From positions 1,391,202 to 1,455,201 of the forward strand of contig OZ244046.1 in assembly GCA_965215055.1 (NCBI GenBank): a DNA stretch of 64,000 nucleotides, given 5' to 3'. Below, piece by piece: positions 58,280-64,000 of the stretch (positions are counted from its first letter, which is position 1; every line of letters begins with the position of its first letter). The translations under genes were made by a program, and so were the position numbers. The notes beneath the pieces are model-generated. The model had not been told where the DNA came from, searched no databases, and saw nothing but the letters and a program-made list of their open reading frames with translations. This stretch comes from Gammaproteobacteria bacterium (lineage in GTDB: Bacteria > Pseudomonadota > Gammaproteobacteria > UBA4575).

Positions 58280-60291
58280 TGGAGAGCATGGACACGCAAC
58301 AAGGTCAGCTCAACTGGATTGCCAATTACATCTGGGGTATCGCGGACGACGTGCTGCGCGACCTCTACGTGCGCGGCAAATACCGGGATGTAATCCTGCC
58401 GATGACCGTGCTGCGTCGCCTGGACGTAGTGCTGGAAGACACCAAGAAAGCAGTACTGGACATGCAGCAAAAGCTTGATGAAGCCGGTGTGGTCGAGCAG
58501 GACTCCGCCTTGCGCTCGGCGGCCGGACAGGCGTTCTACAACACCTCCCCCTTTACGATGCGCGATCTGAAAGCCCGTGCAAGCCAGCAGCAACTACGCA
58601 AGGACTTCGAGGCCTATCTCGACGGCTTCTCGCCCAACGTCCAGGACATCCTCCGGAACTTCGAGTTCCGCGACCGGGTTCTGCGTCTTTCCAGGGCCGA
58701 TGCCTTGGGTACGTTGATCGAAAAACTCACCTCGCCCGACGTTAACCTGAGCCCCGACCCGGTCAGAAACGCCGATGGCTCCATCAAGCATCCTGGCCTC
58801 GACAACCACGGCATGGGCACCATCTTCGAGGAACTGGTACGCCGTTTCAACGAGGAGAACAACGAAGAAGCAGGCGAACATTGGACGCCGCGCGACGCCG
58901 TCAAGCTCATGGCGAATCTCGTGTTTCTCCCGGTCGCTGACAAGCTCGCCGACAGCACCTACCTGCTCTACGATGGAGCCTGTGGCACCGGTGGTATGTT
59001 GACAGTGGCCGAGAAAACGTTGCAGGAACTGGCGGACAAATGCGGCAAAACGATCTCCACCCACCTCTACGGCCAGGAGATCAACGCTGAAACCTACGCC
59101 ATCTGCAAGGCTGACCTGCTGCTCAAGGGCGAAGGTGATGCAGCAGACAACATCATCGGTGGCCCGGAGCACTCGACACTCTCGAACGATGCCTTTCCAT
59201 CACGCGAGTTCGACTTCATGCTTTCCAATCCTCCTTACGGCAAGAGTTGGAAAAGCGACCTGGAACGTATGGGAGGCAAGAGTGAGATGCGCGACCCGCG
59301 CTTTTTGATCGAGCACGCGGGGGGGGGGGGGGGGGGGGGGGGGGTACCCCACGAATATTCGCTGGTAACGCGCACGTCAGACGGTCAGATGCTGTTTCTC
59401 GCCAACATGCTGAGCAAGATGAAGCAGGGTACGAAACTCGGCAGCCGCATTGCCGAAGTCCACAATGGCAGTTCCCTCTTTACTGGCGATGCCGGCCAGG
59501 GCGAGAGCAATATCCGCAGATGGATTATCGAGAAAGACTGGCTGGAAGCCATCGTCGCGCTACCACTCAACATGTTCTACAACACCGGCATTGCTACCTA
59601 CATCTGGGTGCTCACCAATCGCAAGCCCGAGCACCGCAGGGGCAAGGTGCAACTCATTGACGCCACCGAGTGGTGCCAGCCGTTGCGCAAGAATCTCGGC
59701 AAGAAAAACTGCGAGTTGGATGAGATCGACATCGAGCGTATCTGCAAAGTGTTCCTCGACTTCGAGGAGACAGAGCAAAGCAAGATATTCGACAACGCCG
59801 CCTTCGGTTACTGGAAGGTAACCGTCGAGCGACCCCTGCGTATCGAGGGTGCGGACCCGAATCGTGCCTACAAGGCCCAGGAAATCAAAAAACTCAAGGA
59901 AAACGGCGAACGTAACGCAGCCGCTCCACCTGTCATCAAGAAGATCCACAAGAAAGGCACTGCACCGGAACCGTTGCATGGTCTTTTTGAAGCCATCATC
60001 AACGACAAGCCTGCGGTAGTCGAGTACGAACCCGACACCGACCTGCGCGATACCGAGCAGGTTCCGCTCACCGAAGAGGGTGGCATCGAAGCGTTCCTGG
60101 AACGCGAAGTCCTGCCCTATGCCCCGAATGCCTGGTACCTTGCAGACAAGGCAAAGATCGGTTACGAAATCAGCTTTACCCGCCACTTCTACAAGCCGCA
60201 ACCCATGCGTTCATTGGACGAAATTCGCACTGACATTCTGGCATTGGAAAAGGAGACCGAGGGGATATTGGGCGAAATTTTGGGAAAGTGA
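58279..60291 (+). CDS. hsdM: type I restriction-modification DNA methyltransferase subunit M
   Basis: N6-adenine MTase motif LSNPPYGKSW. HsdM N-terminal domain. Contains poly-G tract (see repeat feature). Confidence 0.9.
   Translation: MESMDTQQGQLNWIANYIWGIADDVLRDLYVRGKYRDVILPMTVLRRLDVVLEDTKKAVLDMQQKLDEAGVVEQDSALRSAAGQAFYNTSPFTMRDLKARASQQQLRKDFEAYLDGFSPNVQDILRNFEFRDRVLRLSRADALGTLIEKLTSPDVNLSPDPVRNADGSIKHPGLDNHGMGTIFEELVRRFNEENNEEAGEHWTPRDAVKLMANLVFLPVADKLADSTYLLYDGACGTGGMLTVAEKTLQELADKCGKTISTHLYGQEINAETYAICKADLLLKGEGDAADNIIGGPEHSTLSNDAFPSREFDFMLSNPPYGKSWKSDLERMGGKSEMRDPRFLIEHAGGGGGGGGVPHEYSLVTRTSDGQMLFLANMLSKMKQGTKLGSRIAEVHNGSSLFTGDAGQGESNIRRWIIEKDWLEAIVALPLNMFYNTGIATYIWVLTNRKPEHRRGKVQLIDATEWCQPLRKNLGKKNCELDEIDIERICKVFLDFEETEQSKIFDNAAFGYWKVTVERPLRIEGADPNRAYKAQEIKKLKENGERNAAAPPVIKKIHKKGTAPEPLHGLFEAIINDKPAVVEYEPDTDLRDTEQVPLTEEGGIEAFLEREVLPYAPNAWYLADKAKIGYEISFTRHFYKPQPMRSLDEIRTDILALEKETEGILGEILGK
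59319..59344. repeat. 26-nt homopolymeric G tract inside hsdM (encodes Gly8 in frame)
   Basis: gcacgcGGGGGGGGGGGGGGGGGGGGGGGGGGtacc read directly. Confidence 0.9.
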
Positions 60292-60393
60292 AGCAATGCA
60301 GTGGATTGGTTAGCGAATCTGATTAAATTAACATTTAATGCTAAAAATGTTAATTTACTCGTCGCTTATTAACGTTTCTTTAAGGATTTCAGT

Positions 60394-61563
60394 ATGGATC
60401 GCGGAGAAATCGGCAGTTACGAAATCACGAGCACGGGGGGTGAACAGGTTCATGCTTTCGTACCTGCACCGTTGCCACCCACTCCACCCCTGGCGTTGGA
60501 CAGCCTTCAGCAAACGTTTGAACTGGCGACGCTCGCCCTGGGGAAGCTCGAAGGTGTCGCCGCACTGCTGCCAAACCTGACGCTGTTCCACCATGCCTAC
60601 GTGCGCAAAGAGGCAGTGCTTTCTTCTCAGATAGAGGGGATACAGTCGTCGTTTTTTGATCGCCTGCTCTATGAACTGGAAGAACCCCCCGGCTCGTTGC
60701 TGGATGACGGCGTCGAAGTCTCGAACTATGTGGCAGCACTGGGGCATGGTCTGCACCTTCTGAAAAGAGGTATTCCATTATGCAACCGGTTGATCTGCGA
60801 GATTCACGGTGTGTTATTGCAGAAAGGACGAGAAAACGACAAGACACCCGGTGAGTTCCGCCGTTCGCAGAACTGGATTGGCGGCACCCGACCCGGCAAC
60901 GCGGTATTCGTGCCCCCGCCGTACACCGCTGTGCCGGACTGCATGGCTGACCTGGAACGCTTTCTGAACGCAGAGGACGACGGGCTGCCGGTATTGGTCC
61001 GCGCAGGGCTCGCCCATGTACAGTTCGAGACTATCCATCCCTTCCTCGACGGCAACGGGCGCGTAGGAAGGCTGCTTATTGTTCTTTTGCTTTGCCAGTC
61101 CAGCGTATTGCGGGAACCGCTGCTGTATTTGAGTCTTTACTTCAAGCAGCACCGAAGTACTTATTACGATTTGTTATCCCACGTGCGCCGCACCGGTGAC
61201 TGGGAAGCGTGGCTTACCTTTTTCCTGGAAGGTGTACAGGTGACGGCGGCAGATGCAGTTGACACGGCACACCGATTGCTGGATATGTTTGCATCGCACC
61301 GTACCGTTATCGAACAAAGTGGTCGTCGCGCAGGGTCCGCCTTGCGCGTGTACGAAGTGCTGAAGGAGCGTCCGATTCTTTCCTTGTCCGAAGCTTGCAA
61401 GCGCACGACACTTTCTTTTCCTGCCGTTTCCAGGGCGATGAACCTCCTGGTGGAAAAGGGAGTGGCACTTGAAGTTCCGGTCAAGCGTCGCGGTCGGCTG
61501 TTCGCGTATAACCAATATCTTTCCATCCTCAATGAAGGAACCGAACTGGAGGCCACTCCATGA
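60394..61563 (+). CDS. Fic/DOC family protein embedded between hsdM and hsdS
   Basis: Fic motif HPFLDGNGRVGR. Confidence 0.85.
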   Translation: MDRGEIGSYEITSTGGEQVHAFVPAPLPPTPPLALDSLQQTFELATLALGKLEGVAALLPNLTLFHHAYVRKEAVLSSQIEGIQSSFFDRLLYELEEPPGSLLDDGVEVSNYVAALGHGLHLLKRGIPLCNRLICEIHGVLLQKGRENDKTPGEFRRSQNWIGGTRPGNAVFVPPPYTAVPDCMADLERFLNAEDDGLPVLVRAGLAHVQFETIHPFLDGNGRVGRLLIVLLLCQSSVLREPLLYLSLYFKQHRSTYYDLLSHVRRTGDWEAWLTFFLEGVQVTAADAVDTAHRLLDMFASHRTVIEQSGRRAGSALRVYEVLKERPILSLSEACKRTTLSFPAVSRAMNLLVEKGVALEVPVKRRGRLFAYNQYLSILNEGTELEATP

Positions 61564-62933
61564 ACGGAGTAGTTGCCAATAGACTCAAACCATACCCGGC
61601 TTACAAGGACTCCGGCGTCGAGTGGCTGGGGGAAGTGCCGGAGCATTGGGAGGTGCGGCGAGGTAAGCAGATTTTTCGTTGCATTAATGTTCGCTCTAAT
61701 ACAGGGCAAGAAGAACTACTAACTGTTTCATCTAACCACGGCGTTGTGTCTCGGCAATCTGTCAACGTAACGATGTTCAAAGCAGAGTCATACATTGGCT
61801 ATAAGCTCTGTTGGCCTAAGGACCTTGTAATTAACAGTCTCTGGGCATGGGCACGAGGATTAGGTGTATCAGAGCGCCATGGAATCATTAGCGGCGCTTA
61901 TGGTGTTTATCGACCAAATCAATTTGCTAAACCAAAATTTATCCACTTACTCGTCCGCTCAATGCCTTTCCAGTGGGAATTACGTGTACGTTCAAAGGGC
62001 ATTTGGATTTCAAGACTTCAATTGACAGATGATGCTTTCCTTTGTGCCTCTCTTCCCCTCCCACCCCTCCCCGAACAAACTGCCATTGTGCGGTACCTGG
62101 ACTATGTAGACCGTCGGGTACAGCGACTTACGCAAGCGAAGCAGAAGTTGGTAGCCCTGCTCAAAGAGCAGAAGCAGGTCATCATCCATCGCACCGTTAC
62201 CCGCGGCCTCGACCTGGACGTACCCATGAAAGACTCTGGCATCGAATGGCTGGGCGAAGTGCCCGCACATTGGGAGGTGGTTCCAGTGAAGCGTAACTAC
62301 GAGATTCAACTCGGGAAGATGCTTCAGAACAAGCCTGATAGCCCGAGTGATATAGAAGTACCCTATCTGAAAGCACAGCATGTTCAGTGGTTTGCTGTAA
62401 ATGCGGGGTCTGCTCCGAAGATGTGGGCAAGTCCACATGATGTTGAGCAGTTCGGGATAGCCACCGGTGACCTACTCGTCTGTGAAGGAGGAGAAGGTGG
62501 GCGGTCAGGGATTGTGCGGGACATTTTACATGGGTTCATCATTCAAAATGCCCTACATCGGGTTCGATCTCACGATAACTGTCTGAATACCTACTTGCTG
62601 TATTTGATGAATTCAGTATCAGCGACTGGATGGTTCGATGCTGTAAGTAACAAGGCTACTATCGCCCATTTTACACGAGAGAAATTCGGTTCTTTAATGA
62701 TGCCACTCCCACCGCTCCCCGAACAAACTGCCATTGCCAAATACCTCGACAAAGTAACTGCTGACATAGATGTTGCTATTGACCGCACTCGTCGCTGGGT
62801 TGAGCTATTGAACGAATACCGCACCCGCCTGATCGCCGACGTGGTTACCGGCAAACTTGACGTGCGTGAAACGGCAACAAGGCTACCTGTCGAACCTGAC
62901 AAGCCGGGCAAAATAGCAGAAAAATGCACATAA
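61560..62933 (+). CDS. hsdS: type I restriction-modification specificity subunit S
   Basis: Two target-recognition halves, each starting SG(V/I)EWLGEVP(E/A)HWEV and followed by the conserved LPPLPEQTAI(V/A)(R/K)YLD repeats. Confidence 0.85.
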   Translation: MNGVVANRLKPYPAYKDSGVEWLGEVPEHWEVRRGKQIFRCINVRSNTGQEELLTVSSNHGVVSRQSVNVTMFKAESYIGYKLCWPKDLVINSLWAWARGLGVSERHGIISGAYGVYRPNQFAKPKFIHLLVRSMPFQWELRVRSKGIWISRLQLTDDAFLCASLPLPPLPEQTAIVRYLDYVDRRVQRLTQAKQKLVALLKEQKQVIIHRTVTRGLDLDVPMKDSGIEWLGEVPAHWEVVPVKRNYEIQLGKMLQNKPDSPSDIEVPYLKAQHVQWFAVNAGSAPKMWASPHDVEQFGIATGDLLVCEGGEGGRSGIVRDILHGFIIQNALHRVRSHDNCLNTYLLYLMNSVSATGWFDAVSNKATIAHFTREKFGSLMMPLPPLPEQTAIAKYLDKVTADIDVAIDRTRRWVELLNEYRTRLIADVVTGKLDVRETATRLPVEPDKPGKIAEKCT

Positions 62934-62985
62934 ACCACGTGTCGAAATCAGGGGAGACTGGTATTATCAATAGCAAGGGGGTGTC

Positions 62986-64000
62986 ATGATCAAATATAAA
63001 ACCGGCGACATTCTTGCTGAAAAGGCTGAAGCCTTGGTCAACACCGTCAACTGCGTTGGCTTCATGGGGCGCGGCATAGCAAAGCGATTCAAGGAGACCT
63101 TCCCCGATAATTTCAAAGCCTATGCTGCGAGATGTAAGCATGATGAAATGCAGCCGGGGCACGTGTTCGTCTTCGAGACGGGCCAGGTTCTACCTCCTCG
63201 CTATATCATCAATTTCCCGACCAAGCGGCACTGGCGAGGCAAAAGCCGTATCGAGGACATTGAGTCCGGTTTGGTGTCGCTCGTAAAAGAAATCCAGTCG
63301 CGTGACATTCGCTCGATCGCAATTCCTCCTCTCGGCTGCGGCCTGGGGGGGTTACACTGGCCGGACGTGCGTGCCCATATGCAAGAAGCCCTGGGTGAAC
63401 TGGTTGACGTGGAGATCGTCATATTCGAGCCAAGCGAGGAACCTGGGGATGAACGGGCTAATCGTTCAAGCAGTGTCCCGAACATGACGGTCGGACGCGC
63501 TGTGCTGGTTGAGTTGATGGACCGCTATCTTCGCGGCTTGCTGGACCCCTTTGTGACGCTACTGGAAGTGCATAAATTGATGTACTTCATGCAAGTTGCG
63601 GGCGAACCATTGAAACTGAAGTTTGTTAAAGAATCTTATGGGCCATACGCTCAAAATCTTCGGCACGTGTTGAATGTCATCGAGGGACACCTGATATCCG
63701 GTTTTGCCGGTGGTGGTGACGTGCCCGACAAACAACTGGAACTGGTGCCGGGTGCGCTCGAGGATGCCCGCGCGTTTCTTGAGGACAAAGCTGAAACTCT
63801 GGCTCGCTTTGCAAGAGTTTCTGATCTCGTCAAAGGATTTGAATCTTCATTCGGCCTGGAACTGCTTTCCACGGTTCACTGGGTTGCTCAAAAGGAAACT
63901 CCCCGAACCTTTGAAGACGTGGTGAAAAAAACTTACGCCTGGAACGATAGAAAGAAGCAGTTTTCTCGTCGCCAACTCAAGATTGCAATTGACGCACTAT
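62986..64000 (+). CDS. darG: DarG-like macrodomain protein (DNA ADP-ribosyl glycohydrolase antitoxin-like). Runs off the window end
   Basis: N-terminus MIKYKTGDILAEKAEALVNTVNCVGFMGRGIAKRFKETFP..YIINFPTKRHWRGKS..IAIPPLGCGLGGL matches the DarG macrodomain. No stop before 64000. Confidence 0.7.
   Translation, partial: MIKYKTGDILAEKAEALVNTVNCVGFMGRGIAKRFKETFPDNFKAYAARCKHDEMQPGHVFVFETGQVLPPRYIINFPTKRHWRGKSRIEDIESGLVSLVKEIQSRDIRSIAIPPLGCGLGGLHWPDVRAHMQEALGELVDVEIVIFEPSEEPGDERANRSSSVPNMTVGRAVLVELMDRYLRGLLDPFVTLLEVHKLMYFMQVAGEPLKLKFVKESYGPYAQNLRHVLNVIEGHLISGFAGGGDVPDKQLELVPGALEDARAFLEDKAETLARFARVSDLVKGFESSFGLELLSTVHWVAQKETPRTFEDVVKKTYAWNDRKKQFSRRQLKIAIDAL

Noticed and set aside
58594-60201. Minus-strand ORFs (192, 213 aa) antisense to hsdM
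   Set aside because: Typical antisense open frames of a GC-rich gene. hsdM motifs (NPPY) define the true frame.
1-64000. CRISPR arrays, rRNA genes, transposases/IS elements, integrases
   Set aside because: Read through on both strands. No spaced direct-repeat arrays, no rRNA-like conserved stretches, no DDE/tyrosine-recombinase-like ORFs found.

Overview
This 64-kb window is a chromosomal segment of a Gram-negative bacterium, probably a gammaproteobacterium with sulfur- or thiocyanate-oxidiser traits. Core genes are nadA, argS, priA, a degP-like protease, moaD/moaC, mutY-yggX, tRNA-Phe, an RND efflux operon, a caa3-type cytochrome oxidase operon with ctaB, cysQ, metX/metW, yggT, proC and yggS. 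Five accessory blocks sit among them. (1) At the left edge, the 5' two-thirds of speA are replaced by foreign DNA. (2) An AT-rich island of about 6.7 kb lies between nadA and a frameshifted fadD-like gene. It carries a 1,343-aa protein that fuses an MqsA-type HTH, a P-loop NTPase and a long helical-repeat tail, with an MqsA-type operator palindrome at its start. This is my top candidate for an undescribed defence-type system. (3) A locus holds a cobalt transporter (cbtAB), cyanase, LysR, thiocyanate hydrolase (scnBAC), an ABC transporter, TusA, an SQR-like oxidoreductase and DUF1641. Within it, a roughly 260-bp lysR-scnB divergent promoter segment is duplicated in inverted orientation in front of cbtBA, with a third partial copy before an outer-membrane protein gene. 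(4) A bufferin-type RiPP cluster (DUF2282, DUF692/MNIO, DUF2063) is present. (5) A type I R-M locus (hsdM-fic-hsdS) has a 26-nt poly-G tract inside hsdM and a DarG-like macrodomain gene with no upstream DarT. I saw no rRNA, CRISPR array, transposase or integrase. Hand-derived coordinates may be off by 1-2 nt; ORF-track coordinates are used wherever possible.
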